Position numbers and translations under genes: made by a program. A DNA stretch of 64,000 nt from Candidatus Bathyarchaeota archaeon. Its GTDB lineage: Archaea; Thermoproteota; Bathyarchaeia; Bathyarchaeales; Bathycorpusculaceae. The stretch lies in assembly GCA_963715865.1 (NCBI GenBank), contig OY970280.1:1536001-1600000 (forward strand), in the 5' to 3' direction. The notes below the pieces were generated by a model. The model did no database searches, was not told where the DNA came from, and worked only from the letters and a program-made list of their open reading frames with translations. Shown here one piece after another: positions 38,894 to 50,134 of the stretch. Numbering within the stretch: the stretch's first letter is position 1; the number at the start of each line of letters is the position of its first letter.

Positions 38894-39442
38894 ATGCTTA
38901 ATTACTTGCCTGTTGTCGTCTCTAATACTAGCCCTCTGATATGGCTCTCAAAAACTGGCAAACTTACCTTGCTTAGAGACCTTTTTAATGAGATTCTAAT
39001 TCCAGAAGAAGTTTACAACGAAGCGGTCGAAAGAGGCTTACAAGAAGGCTTCAGTGACGCTCTGGTAATCAAAGAAGGTGTTGATCAATGCTGGATAAAG
39101 ATTTCGCAGCTGAACAAAAACGAGAACGCGCTCTGCAACAAGATAATAAAACATGCTTTTGAACTTCACTTGGGTGAAGCCCAAGCCATAGTATTGGCTC
39201 ACAAAACGGGAACGGACACGCTACTATTAATAGATGAATCGAGTGGGCGAGCATTTGCTGAAGCATGGGGTCTAAAGGCTAAAGGAGTACTTTACGTGAT
39301 AATGACCGCTCTTCAATGCGATTTATTAGATAATGCAGAGGCAAAGGAAACAGTGCTAACTCTAGTGCGCAAAGGGTTCAGAATCGAACCCAAGCTGCTA
39401 GCACGAATAATAAGAGAAATAGATGCATACAAACCCAAATGA
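38894..39442 (+). CDS. PIN-domain protein (DUF3368/VapC-like)
   Basis: VVSNTSPLIWL, IPEEVYNE, LHLGEAQAIVLA, LLIDE..GRAFA. Confidence 0.88.
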   Translation: MLNYLPVVVSNTSPLIWLSKTGKLTLLRDLFNEILIPEEVYNEAVERGLQEGFSDALVIKEGVDQCWIKISQLNKNENALCNKIIKHAFELHLGEAQAIVLAHKTGTDTLLLIDESSGRAFAEAWGLKAKGVLYVIMTALQCDLLDNAEAKETVLTLVRKGFRIEPKLLARIIREIDAYKPK

Positions 39443-39527
39443 AAGTAACCAAGTACCCGTATTTACTAGTAAATTAGAGAGCTCGCGAATAACTTCCCTG
39501 GCGCTATTTTACTATATGGCTTTTGTT

Positions 39528-40082
39528 TTAAATCATTCTTAACAAATCTGCCTTGGTAATTATGCCTATTATTTCGCCTTTTCGGGAAACTAAAACAGCC
39601 GAGTAAGTCTGCAAAAGGCTCGATATCAACGACAATGGGGCGTCTTCGTTTATTTGAGGGAAAGCTTCTTCCATTATTTCCTCAGTCGACAATTTAGATA
39701 TCTGCTCCAAATCCTTCCCTGCCAAAATTTGCCGCAGAATAGCTTTTTCTGATATGCTACCAACAGAGTGTTTGCCTTCGAAAACAGGTATCTGCGAATA
39801 ACCATGCTCCTTCATTAATTTCACCACTTTGGAAAGCGGCTCGTTTTTCTGGACAGTAACAACGTTTTTGTGGAGCACTTTGCCCGCTTGAACTTTCGTT
39901 TTAAATTCTAACCGCTCAAGCACGTCAAATATTGTTTTTACTTTAGTGTAGGAGGAGTCGATGGTTCCTGCTTCCAGCTTGGCGATTAGGGATTGGCTTA
40001 CGCCAGCCATTTTGGCTAGTTCTGACTGTTTTAGGCCTAGTTGGCGTCTGCGTTTTGCGATGTCGTCTAAGGTTGGGAACAT
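39528..40082 (-). CDS. XRE-HTH plus CBS-pair transcriptional regulator
   Basis: RRRQLGLKQSELAKMAGVSQSLIAKLEAG; CBS motifs YSQIPV and GIITKADLL. Confidence 0.9.
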   Translation of the reverse strand: MFPTLDDIAKRRRQLGLKQSELAKMAGVSQSLIAKLEAGTIDSSYTKVKTIFDVLERLEFKTKVQAGKVLHKNVVTVQKNEPLSKVVKLMKEHGYSQIPVFEGKHSVGSISEKAILRQILAGKDLEQISKLSTEEIMEEAFPQINEDAPLSLISSLLQTYSAVLVSRKGEIIGIITKADLLRMI

Positions 40083-40092
40083 GGTTTAGTAA

Positions 40093-41487
<1,395 letters not shown>

Positions 41488-41498
41488 GCAACGAATTT

Positions 41499-42641
41499 TT
41501 GGAGGCAACACATTTAGCAACAATTAACCAACCCCTTGAAAATTCTGAGCTAAAGTACTTTACATTCGCAAATCCACCAGACGAATTGGCTCTTGAATCA
41601 GGCGAAAAACTCGGTCCCATAACGCTTGCTTACGAAACATACGGTACATTAAACAAGCAAAAGCAAAACGCCATCCTTGTACTCCACGCGCTCTCAGGAG
41701 ACGGCCATGCCGCTGGAACCACTGGCTGGTTCGATAGTTTAATTGGTCCAGGCAAAGGCTTAGACACAAACAAGTACTTTGTAATCTGCTCCAACGTAAT
41801 TGGCGGTTGCAGAGGCTCAACAGGTCCATCTTCAACGAATCCGAAAACAGGCAAACCCTACGGCACCGACTTCCCCATAATAACTATTGGCGACATGGTG
41901 AACGCTCAAAAGCGCCTAATTGACCATTTAGGCATAGAGAAACTTCTCGCAGTCATCGGCGGTTCAATGGGTGGAATGCAAGTTCTCCAGTGGATGGTCT
42001 CCTGCCCAGAACGCATTCGGTCTGCGATACCAATTGCAACAACCATGAAGCATACGCCTCAGCAGATAGCCTTCAACGAAGTTGGCCGCCAAGCAATCAT
42101 GGCTGACTCCGACTGGAAGAAAGGGCATTATTATGGCTCGCAGGTTCCAGCGAAAGGCTTAGCCGTAGCACGAATGATTGGACACATAACCTACATGAGC
42201 GATGCTTCAATGGCTGAAAAGTTTGGAAGACGCGTCCGCCAAGATAAGGAGCCTTTCAAGTTTGGAGTAGAATTTGAGGTTGAAGGCTACTTGCGGTATC
42301 GCGGCGACAACTTTGTCAAACGATTCGACGCCAACTCGTATTTGTACATTACCAAAGCCATAGACTACTTCAACATTCTCAACGGAAAAAACCTCGCCAA
42401 CATCTTTGCAGGGTTAAAGGCAAAAGTGCTCGTAATAGCCTTCAAATCCGACTGGCTCTACCCAGCGTATCAGTCTCAAGAAATCGTTAAAGCCTGCAAA
42501 CTAGCAGGCGTGGATGCCACCTACTGTGAAATAAATTCCAATTATGGGCACGACGCGTTCCTTCTTGAAACAGAGCAAGAAACTCAGCTGATAAAGCATT
42601 TCCTAAACACAGTTTCGAATGGACATAACGGTGGTGTATAA
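41499..42641 (+). CDS. metX: Homoserine O-acetyltransferase
   Basis: HALSGD, GGSMGG (nucleophile), RFDANSY, DWLYP, GHDAFL. Confidence 0.93.
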   Translation: MEATHLATINQPLENSELKYFTFANPPDELALESGEKLGPITLAYETYGTLNKQKQNAILVLHALSGDGHAAGTTGWFDSLIGPGKGLDTNKYFVICSNVIGGCRGSTGPSSTNPKTGKPYGTDFPIITIGDMVNAQKRLIDHLGIEKLLAVIGGSMGGMQVLQWMVSCPERIRSAIPIATTMKHTPQQIAFNEVGRQAIMADSDWKKGHYYGSQVPAKGLAVARMIGHITYMSDASMAEKFGRRVRQDKEPFKFGVEFEVEGYLRYRGDNFVKRFDANSYLYITKAIDYFNILNGKNLANIFAGLKAKVLVIAFKSDWLYPAYQSQEIVKACKLAGVDATYCEINSNYGHDAFLLETEQETQLIKHFLNTVSNGHNGGV

Positions 42642-43240
42642 TGAAGCAGGCGCCAATAAAAACAGAGCACAAAATCATCCTAGACTGGATTAGCAAAGAA
42701 GCGTCAGTGCTAGACCTTGGATGCGGTGACGGAGAACTTTTAGCTCTCCTCGTAAGCGAGAAGCAGGTGCATGCTCAAGGAATAGAACTAAGCGAAACAG
42801 CCATTCATCGATGTGTCGCTTTGGGATTAAGCGTCTTTCAACAAGACATAGACACAGGCCTCTCTGAATATGCAGACAGCTCATTCGATTACGTTATACT
42901 AAACCAAACACTACAGCAAGTAAAAAAACCAGACTTTGTCCTGAAAGAGGCTTTGAGAGTAGGAAAAAAGGCTATTGTCGGCTTTCCAAATTTCGTGCAA
43001 GCCTCAGCCAGAACCCAAATATTCTTCAAAGGAAGAGTCCCAGTAACCAAAGCGCTACCTTACGAGTGGTATGATACCCCAAACCTTCATTTCCTAGGCA
43101 TTGCCGACTTCAAGGATTACTGCAAAAAAAGAAACATTCACATTGAAGATTCAGCTTTTATTAGAAAAAATAGCACAGTAAAGCTGTTTCCAAACTTGTT
43201 TGCGGAAGTAGGATTGTTTCTCTGCTCAAAGAATGCTTAA
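42641..43240 (+). CDS. metW: Methionine biosynthesis protein MetW
   Basis: VLDLGCGDG, FDYVILNQTLQ, LPYEWYDTPNLH; directly after metX. Confidence 0.92.
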   Translation: MKQAPIKTEHKIILDWISKEASVLDLGCGDGELLALLVSEKQVHAQGIELSETAIHRCVALGLSVFQQDIDTGLSEYADSSFDYVILNQTLQQVKKPDFVLKEALRVGKKAIVGFPNFVQASARTQIFFKGRVPVTKALPYEWYDTPNLHFLGIADFKDYCKKRNIHIEDSAFIRKNSTVKLFPNLFAEVGLFLCSKNA

Positions 43241-44584
43241 TTATCCATAGGCGGTAAGGTCGAGGTCTGCTGCCACAAACACTTCATTATCTGATGCGAC
43301 TGGCGGCAAAACATAGTGGTCAAAGTGCAGACTCAGAGCTAAGTTGCCTGTTGATGCGCTAAAAATCCAAAGAACATTGTTTTCCGTCAAAAAGACAGCA
43401 TCTTTATTGAAGACTAAACCGACAGGCGGACTGTAGAAGACGCCACTGTCTTCGATTTGCCTTGTCCAAATAACTTTGCCAGTTGCCAAGTCGAGGCTGC
43501 ATATAGTTCCTGTGTATCGGTCATGTTTGTTTTCGCTAGTCGTTCCAAGTTGTTGGGTAACCCCGAAACTCCAATATACTCTTTGGTTTTGAGCGTCGAC
43601 TTGTATTGGATAAGTCGTGAGAGTGTTAGTTTCGTTAACTTGTGAGAGTAGGTTTTGGTTGTCAACTTTAGTTTTCCATGCTAATTTGCCGTCAGCCAAA
43701 TTGAGCGCATAGAAGTTGCCGTCTGATGCTGCAAAAAGCAGTAGACCGTTGTAGGCGGTTGGCTGGTAGATTGATGCGCCAACATCAATGCTCCAAAGGC
43801 TGTCACCTGAAGTCTCATTCAAACTAAAGATTTGGTTGCTGTTCTGTATGATGGCTTGCCCTTGATAGGTTGCCAGAACACTTGGAAGACCACTAAATAC
43901 AGTAATATTAGCACGCCAAAGAATACTGCCGTTGTCGGTGTTTAGCTTAAAAATGTATGGGCTTGACTCGTTGCCACCTAATGCGTATAGTGAGTTGCCG
44001 TCAAATGGGTCGCCTCCCAACGGAAAGCCGCTTGTCCACCAAGTGTTCAAGTCAGTTATGTTTCCAAAAGTTCCGAAATAGTAGGGTGTTTGCCATAGAA
44101 GTTGCCCGGTGGTTGCGTTGTGGGCATTAACAATTGCACTAACACCTTCTGCAATTGCAAATACTCGACCATCCTTAACAATGATGTTATCAGGGGCTTG
44201 ACGATGGTCTATGTCACCTGTGAAACTCCATTGGAACTGTCCAGTTGTCTCATCTAAGCAACCAACCGAAGCATACTCTGAGCCCCCATAAACTCTCCCT
44301 TCTGCAACTGTGAGTCCTGCAGCAAAATAACCGCCTACGCTACTGCCGTTCCAGATGGATTTGCCGTTTTGAATGTCATAGCAGTTTACATTCCCCGAGA
44401 TATCCATGGTAAACACTTTTCCGTCGGCAACAGCCAATCCAGTGGCAAAATTCTCAATAGAGCGCTGCCAAACAACACTTGAGCCTTGTGGTGTGAGGAT
44501 GCCATTTTCATAAATAATCAACGAGGATGCCACTATCACTGCAATCAAGCATACAACGATAAACAGCAGGGTACGCCTATTCAA
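43241..44584 (-). CDS. Membrane-anchored PQQ-like beta-propeller protein
   Basis: N-terminal TM; repeated G...W motifs (NGKSIW, TGQFQW, TGQLLW, NGSILW, DGKLAW, TGKVIW). Confidence 0.85.
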   Translation of the reverse strand: MNRRTLLFIVVCLIAVIVASSLIIYENGILTPQGSSVVWQRSIENFATGLAVADGKVFTMDISGNVNCYDIQNGKSIWNGSSVGGYFAAGLTVAEGRVYGGSEYASVGCLDETTGQFQWSFTGDIDHRQAPDNIIVKDGRVFAIAEGVSAIVNAHNATTGQLLWQTPYYFGTFGNITDLNTWWTSGFPLGGDPFDGNSLYALGGNESSPYIFKLNTDNGSILWRANITVFSGLPSVLATYQGQAIIQNSNQIFSLNETSGDSLWSIDVGASIYQPTAYNGLLLFAASDGNFYALNLADGKLAWKTKVDNQNLLSQVNETNTLTTYPIQVDAQNQRVYWSFGVTQQLGTTSENKHDRYTGTICSLDLATGKVIWTRQIEDSGVFYSPPVGLVFNKDAVFLTENNVLWIFSASTGNLALSLHFDHYVLPPVASDNEVFVAADLDLTAYG

Positions 44585-44967
44585 TTTGCCTCACTTGCAA
44601 CGTTTCGTATGTTGGTCTTTAAATCCTTTGTTGAATAATGCCTATTAATTTCTGGCGGTTGTTGCTGTGTTGCTACAACCACTTAATTTTATGAACCAAC
44701 AAAACAAAGCAAGTATGCGCAGACTTGGGCGTTGTTTTCGCACGCTGCCCTGATTAATTATTCAAGAATGATAACCATGGAAAGCATGTACAGTTGAACT
44801 AGCAGCATGTTTTGGGTATCTAAAGCACTCACCTGATCTGAGTAGTTTTTCGCACCCTTAAAAAATAGACAACAACCAAAAATTGCCCGATAAAGGAGCA
44901 ACAGCTGTCTGGTATTAGTACCAATCGCGTAGTTGATCGGCTGTTTTATGTACAAATTGGGAAAAAA

Positions 44968-45021
44968 CATTTAAAAACCCACACCATCTTAGTGCATTTA
45001 AAAACCCACACCATCTTAGTG
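44968..45021 (+). repeat. Perfect 27-bp tandem duplication containing a TATA-like box
   Basis: CATTTAAAAACCCACACCATCTTAGTG twice (44968-44994, 44995-45021). Confidence 0.9.
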
Positions 45022-45039
45022 GTAGGTCGCAATTAAAGA

Positions 45040-45951
45040 ATGGTAAAGAAACAAGAAGACAAAAGATTCAAAATTGAATTAAACTTTGACTATCACTCTT
45101 CCCGTTTCTTCGCTCTTCTTTTCCCAGCACTATACTTAGTGGCTATAACCGTCTTCTGCTTAGAATACAAAATTCTTCCCGGACCCGAATTTCTAATTTT
45201 AGGCATCCTAATGTACGCAGCGTATAACCAACGAACATGGCGTGCCTTAAAAGATTGGCTTCCATTCATCACGGTGTTCTTCTCTTACGAAATCATGTAC
45301 AGCGTCGTAGGCATCATCGCAGACAATCTTCATTCAGGACCATACAGTTTGGAAATGCAATTGTTCGGTCAAATTCCCAGCCTGATTCTTCAGCAAACCA
45401 TTAGGACGCCTATTTTAGATTACATGGGAGCCGTTTTCTATTCCTTATATTTTTTCATACCAACCATCTTCGCTTTTATTCTTTGGAAGAAAAGTCCCAA
45501 GAACTACTGGAAATACATCGTTGCCTTTGGCATATGCACGTACGCTGCACTGATAACTTTTCTCTTTTACCCTGTGGCGCCTCCGTGGATTGCAGTTCCA
45601 AATGTTACGCAAATCTTAACTGTGTCAGTTGATACTAGCATAGGTATTCCTCTTTACAAGACGCTGTTTTATTTTTTAACCCCAAACTTGTACGCTGCCT
45701 TTCCCAGTATGCATTCAGCTTTGCCTTGGCTGGTCTTTCTTTTCGCGTTCAAAGTTTGGAAGTGGAAGGCACTTCCAGTGTTGGCGCTTCCTGTTGGAAC
45801 TTGGTTTAGCGCAGTCTACCTCGGCGAACATTATGTGGTGGATGTTTTAGGAGGAATCGCATACGCCACAGTCGCATTCATTGCGGTAGAGAAAATCTTG
45901 CCTCTACTATCTTCGAGAATTGGTTTTTTGAGGAAACATGTGCCCAACTAA
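45040..45951 (+). CDS. PAP2-superfamily membrane protein (Aur1/IPC-synthase-like)
   Basis: LFYPVAPPW, YAAFPSMHSA, SAVYLGEHYVVDVLGG. Confidence 0.85.
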   Translation: MVKKQEDKRFKIELNFDYHSSRFFALLFPALYLVAITVFCLEYKILPGPEFLILGILMYAAYNQRTWRALKDWLPFITVFFSYEIMYSVVGIIADNLHSGPYSLEMQLFGQIPSLILQQTIRTPILDYMGAVFYSLYFFIPTIFAFILWKKSPKNYWKYIVAFGICTYAALITFLFYPVAPPWIAVPNVTQILTVSVDTSIGIPLYKTLFYFLTPNLYAAFPSMHSALPWLVFLFAFKVWKWKALPVLALPVGTWFSAVYLGEHYVVDVLGGIAYATVAFIAVEKILPLLSSRIGFLRKHVPN

Positions 45952-45960
45952 AAAGCAAGA

Positions 45961-46033
45961 TAGCCCGGGAGAGATTCGAACTCTCGTCGAGGGCTCCAGA
46001 GGCCCCTATGCTTGACCGCTACACCACCGGGCT
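45961..46033 (-). tRNA. tRNA-Gln(CTG); CCA not encoded
   Basis: AGCCCGG acceptor stem, GGGGC-CT-CTG-GA-GCCCT anticodon arm, GTTCGAATC T-loop. Confidence 0.95.
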
Positions 46034-46305
46034 TCAACACACAGAAACATGGTTCACAATTATTAACTTTAATGTTGCGCCGCTTTGCCAGCGTTTTTCT
46101 TATTTAATGCTTCTCTAACGTTAAAGGTACAACAAAATCAGTTGTCAAAATCTTCTGGAGGAAATTCTTTCTTGGACCTCTTTGAGCCGTTGTTCTGAAA
46201 GTGATATGTGATTGTTGCTTTACAGTAACAGGTTCATAGCTTCAAGTTCGATTAGGGAAGATATAATAAAACGGACAAGAAAAGTGTCATTGAGGTAAAA
46301 ACGAA

Positions 46306-46500
46306 ATGCCAGTAGTTCAGGTTTCTGTTTGGGAGGGCATGACCCCTGAAAACAAGAAGAAAACAGTCGAAGGAATAACGAAAGTATTTGAAGATTTAGG
46401 AGTAGCCAAGGAAGCAGTCACCATCATCATTTATGAAGCGCCAAAGAGCAACTGGGCAACAGGCGGACAACTGCATTCAGAAAGACACGCAAACCGCTAA
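46306..46500 (+). CDS. 4-oxalocrotonate tautomerase family protein
   Basis: N-terminal Pro (MPVVQV), EG.T.E.KK, NWATGG. Confidence 0.88.
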   Translation: MPVVQVSVWEGMTPENKKKTVEGITKVFEDLGVAKEAVTIIIYEAPKSNWATGGQLHSERHANR

Positions 46501-46530
46501 AACGCAAACCGCAGCAAGGACTGACAAATA

Positions 46531-46830
46531 GTGTCTGAGAAAAAATTCAAATTATCTGCACGCGTAAGCAGTGCCACTCCATCAGCCATAAAACCTGTGT
46601 TAGAACGAATAATCGGCAACAACGGTTCCATCAAGCCAACCAGTGACGGATTTGAAGTCAATGCTGAATTCAAAGGCGAAAGCGTCAGAGACTTAAATCG
46701 AATGTTACTTTCTGAATTGCGTAAGGCTGAAAAGAAAACTAGAATTCGCTCAGAATGGACTTCTGAAGATACGATTGAGAAGTTCTTTGACTATGCACAC
46801 AAGCAAACCATAAAGGCAAACCAAAAATAA
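46531..46830 (+). CDS. Small hypothetical protein
   Basis: 99-aa ORF, GTG start, directly downstream of the tautomerase. Confidence 0.65.
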   Translation: MSEKKFKLSARVSSATPSAIKPVLERIIGNNGSIKPTSDGFEVNAEFKGESVRDLNRMLLSELRKAEKKTRIRSEWTSEDTIEKFFDYAHKQTIKANQK

Positions 46831-46996
46831 GCATGCGGTAGTAGCTCCCTTCAAAGTTTCAAACCTGTAGAGGAATAGGTAGGTTGGTGCCTCTAAGCAT
46901 CTTTACTTTTGGCGCATTCTGTCCTGATGTTCCGTGTCTTGGCTCAGAAAAGTTATTACGACCAGACTCTCACATAGTTGCGATTAAGGAAAGATA

Positions 46997-47899
46997 ATGG
47001 TATCTACTGATATTGCAAACCCAAACGGCGTTGAAACAGAGGAAAAAAGAAAAATCGTTAGTATTGGACTTATTCAGACGACTGTTTCAGATGATATAGC
47101 CGACAATATGAAAAAGACCATAGAAAGAATCGAAGAAGCTTCAAGAAAGGGTGCTCAAATTGTCTGTCTCCAAGAACTGTATAGAACCAAGTATTTTCCA
47201 CAAGAGAAAAAACAGGACGTCAGCAAATTAGCTGAAACGATTCCCGGAGAATCCACAAGAGCTTTCTCAGAGCTGGCGAAAAAGAAAAAGATAGTTATAA
47301 TTGCACCATTATTTGAAAAAAATTCAAACGGAAAATACTACAACTCAGCTGCCATAATTGATGCAAACGGAAAAATCTTAGGCTCCTACCGCAAGGTGCA
47401 CATACCAAATGACCAGTTTTTCTATGAAAAAAACTATTTTGAAGCAGGCGACCAAGGTTACTCAGTGCACAAAACCTATTACGCTCGTGTAGGGGTACTC
47501 ATCTGCTATGACCAATGGTTCCCTGAACCCGCAAGAATCAACGCGCTAAAGGGCGCAGAAATCATATTCTATCCAACAGCGATTGGCTGGATTAAAGACC
47601 ATAGTTCATCCGACGGAGACTGGCACGACGCTTGGAAAACAGTGCAACGTGCCCACGCCATAGCGAATGGAGTCCATGTTGCTGCTGTGAATAGAGTAGG
47701 CGAGGAAGGGCAACTAAAGTTTTGGGGCGGTTCATTCGTATGTGACTCCTTTGGAAAAGTCCTCAAAGAAGCAAGCGATACAAATGAGGAAGCACTAGTT
47801 GTCAAAGTAGATCTTAGTAAAAACAAAAAAATCCAAGAAGGATGGGGCTTCCTTAAAAATCGGCGACCAGACACGTACAATTCACTCATCGAAAGATGA
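46997..47899 (+). CDS. aguB: Carbon-nitrogen hydrolase, probably N-carbamoylputrescine amidase
   Basis: LQELY, YRKVHIP, ICYDQWFPE, YPTAIGW; overlaps agmatine deiminase. Confidence 0.82.
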   Translation: MVSTDIANPNGVETEEKRKIVSIGLIQTTVSDDIADNMKKTIERIEEASRKGAQIVCLQELYRTKYFPQEKKQDVSKLAETIPGESTRAFSELAKKKKIVIIAPLFEKNSNGKYYNSAAIIDANGKILGSYRKVHIPNDQFFYEKNYFEAGDQGYSVHKTYYARVGVLICYDQWFPEPARINALKGAEIIFYPTAIGWIKDHSSSDGDWHDAWKTVQRAHAIANGVHVAAVNRVGEEGQLKFWGGSFVCDSFGKVLKEASDTNEEALVVKVDLSKNKKIQEGWGFLKNRRPDTYNSLIER

Positions 47900-48978
47900 T
47901 ACCTGAGGCATCACAAATGAAGATGGAAAATACGTTTTCAAACAAGACGCCCCGCGAACTAGGATACCGCATGCCCGCAGAATGGTGTAAGCATGACGCG
48001 GTCTGGTTAGCATGGCCACACGATCCTGAGACCTTTACATCTGGCGTCGAGAAAGTCGAGGAAATTTACGTCCAAATTGTGAAGTTAATCCATAAAGACG
48101 AATACGTTAATCTTTTTGTCAAAGATGAGGGCATGAAGAAAAAGACAACAGATTTGTTTGAGAAAAGAAAGATTGATTTAAAGAGAATACGTTTTTTTCA
48201 ATTTGACTATGCTGATGTGTGGTTTCGAGACTACGGTCCAATATTTGTGAGGAACAGAAATCAAGAGTTAGCAATGGTGTGCTGGATTTTTAATTCTTGG
48301 GGAGAAAAATACGAAGAACTTTTAAAAGACGGGCAGATCCCTCACATAATAAGCCGCGAGATGCGCTTGAACTGTTTTGAACCAGGTATCGTTCTAGAAG
48401 GCGGCTCAATAGATGTCAACGGAAAAGGAACCCTGCTCACGACCGAGCAGTGTCTGCTAAACAAGAACAGGAATCCAAAGCTTGGCAAAGAAAAAATCGA
48501 GAAATTCTTACGAGACTATTTGGGCGTGAATCATATTATCTGGTTAAGAAATGGCATCGCTGGAGATGACACAGACGGTCATATTGACGACATTGCGCGG
48601 TTCGTAAACCCAACGACAATTGTATGCGCTTATGAAGAAGATAAGGATGATGAAAATAGCGACGACTTGAGAAAGAATTACGAAATACTGCTCAAATCCA
48701 CCGACCAAGATGGCAAGAAACTAAACATTGTCAAGTTGCCCATGCCAGGAAACATCTGGTACAACAAAAAAAGACTCCCCGCAAGTTACACAAATTTCTA
48801 CATAGGCAACAAAACAGTTTTGGTTCCAACCTTTGAACACGAGAATGACAAGCTAGCATTATCTATTCTGCAAAAACTATTCCCAAAAAGAAAAGTCATC
48901 GGCGTAAACTGTGTCGACTTGATATGCGGGTTGGGGGCAATTCACTGCATCTCACAACAGCAACCCTGTTGCAGATAA
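47896..48978 (+). CDS. aguA: Agmatine deiminase
   Basis: RMPAEW, WFRDYGP, LEGGSIDVNG, DDTDGHIDD, ASYTNFY, GAIHCISQQ. Confidence 0.92.
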   Translation: MIPEASQMKMENTFSNKTPRELGYRMPAEWCKHDAVWLAWPHDPETFTSGVEKVEEIYVQIVKLIHKDEYVNLFVKDEGMKKKTTDLFEKRKIDLKRIRFFQFDYADVWFRDYGPIFVRNRNQELAMVCWIFNSWGEKYEELLKDGQIPHIISREMRLNCFEPGIVLEGGSIDVNGKGTLLTTEQCLLNKNRNPKLGKEKIEKFLRDYLGVNHIIWLRNGIAGDDTDGHIDDIARFVNPTTIVCAYEEDKDDENSDDLRKNYEILLKSTDQDGKKLNIVKLPMPGNIWYNKKRLPASYTNFYIGNKTVLVPTFEHENDKLALSILQKLFPKRKVIGVNCVDLICGLGAIHCISQQQPCCR

Positions 48979-49047
48979 TTAGTTCCTCGTTACTGTATAG
49001 CGCCCATTTCAAAACATAAAGTGCCATTTTCTTTTCTAATAAGAGAA

Positions 49048-49901
49048 GCGAGTCCGATGGGATTTGAACACAAAAGAGGGTCGGAACCAATAGCTGAAAA
49101 ATCGTCGCCTTTCAAGAAATCACCGGTAAACCAGCAATTTGTTTCACATTAATTCGCATGGGTTCTAAGTTAATGACCCAAAACGTGCAGGTTGGAGAGT
49201 TTTTCGACCAGTTCGATTGTTTCTTCATCAACGCATGTGGCGCGAGCAATGTCTGTCAGGGTGACTATGCCGACCAACTTGTTTCCCTCTACTAGAGGCA
49301 GCTTCTTCACTCTGTTTTCGAACATGATACGGGTAGCTTCGGATATTTCCATTTCAGGGTTTCCTGTAATAACGTGACTTGTCATTACTTCGAAAACGTT
49401 AGTCTCCTTGGGGTTTTTGCACTTTTCTAGGACTCTTTCAAGCAAGTCTCTCTCCGTCAAGATTCCAGCGGTCTCTCCATCGCGAACAATGACCAAGCAA
49501 CCAATTTTGTTTTCATTCATAAGCTTCACAGCCTGATAGACCGAGGCGTGCGCTTGCAAAGTTATTACTTCTTTGACCATCAAGTCCCTTATCTTCGCCA
49601 CTGACACCAGCTCCAGCATAAGTGACTTAAAACGCTATAAAAAAATTGTGAATTTATCCTACTGATCAATGATTGGAATCAGGAAAAATCGGGGCATGAA
49701 ATGCATATCTTGGGTCCTACTGGTTCTGTACCAGGAACGGTTCTAGTCTCTATGGGATTTGAACCCTTCAGGGTCAGACCGCCTATGAAACAAGAGGGGA
49801 GAATGTTATAGTCTCAAAGAGATGGCGTTTAGAAAAGATTACAGACAACTCTGCTAATAAACTGTTACGAATTATTACCCAAAAAGCGGGTCCGATGGGA
49901 T
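49048..49901 (-). repeat. Three partial copies of the tRNA-Arg(TCT) 3' end (attachment-site scars)
   Basis: 49048-49069 matches 53862-53883 at 21 of 22; 49752-49766 matches 53871-53885 at 15 of 15; 49886-49901 matches 53862-53877 at 16 of 16. Confidence 0.8.
49170..49619 (-). CDS. Stand-alone CBS-pair protein
   Basis: IGCLVIV..GILTERDL; VKKLPLV..GIVTLTDI. Confidence 0.9.
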   Translation of the reverse strand: MLELVSVAKIRDLMVKEVITLQAHASVYQAVKLMNENKIGCLVIVRDGETAGILTERDLLERVLEKCKNPKETNVFEVMTSHVITGNPEMEISEATRIMFENRVKKLPLVEGNKLVGIVTLTDIARATCVDEETIELVEKLSNLHVLGH

Positions 49902-50134
49902 GCGCTTAATTATTTAAGCGAATCCTAAATTGGCAAATAAAGCGCTGTGGACACGCAAGCAAAGGACGAGGAAACAAAGAATAAACAATGAAATCAGAAG
50001 CAGCCTAAGCCGAAAACGCGTAACCGCTTCTCTTCGGTATGTTCCAACGCGCGCGTCACAAAATAGCAACATGAGTTAAGAGGAAAAGTCCTAAAGACTT
50101 TCTCATAATTACGTCGATAATTCTTATGCCTATT

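Noticed and set aside
44758-44970. 70-aa minus-strand ORF
   Set aside because: It starts inside the duplicated promoter segment of the opposite gene and has no motif.
50080-50091. GAGGAAAAGTCC resembling the RNase P RNA P4 motif
   Set aside because: It has an extra A, the surroundings are AT-rich and the matching 3' P4 strand was not found.
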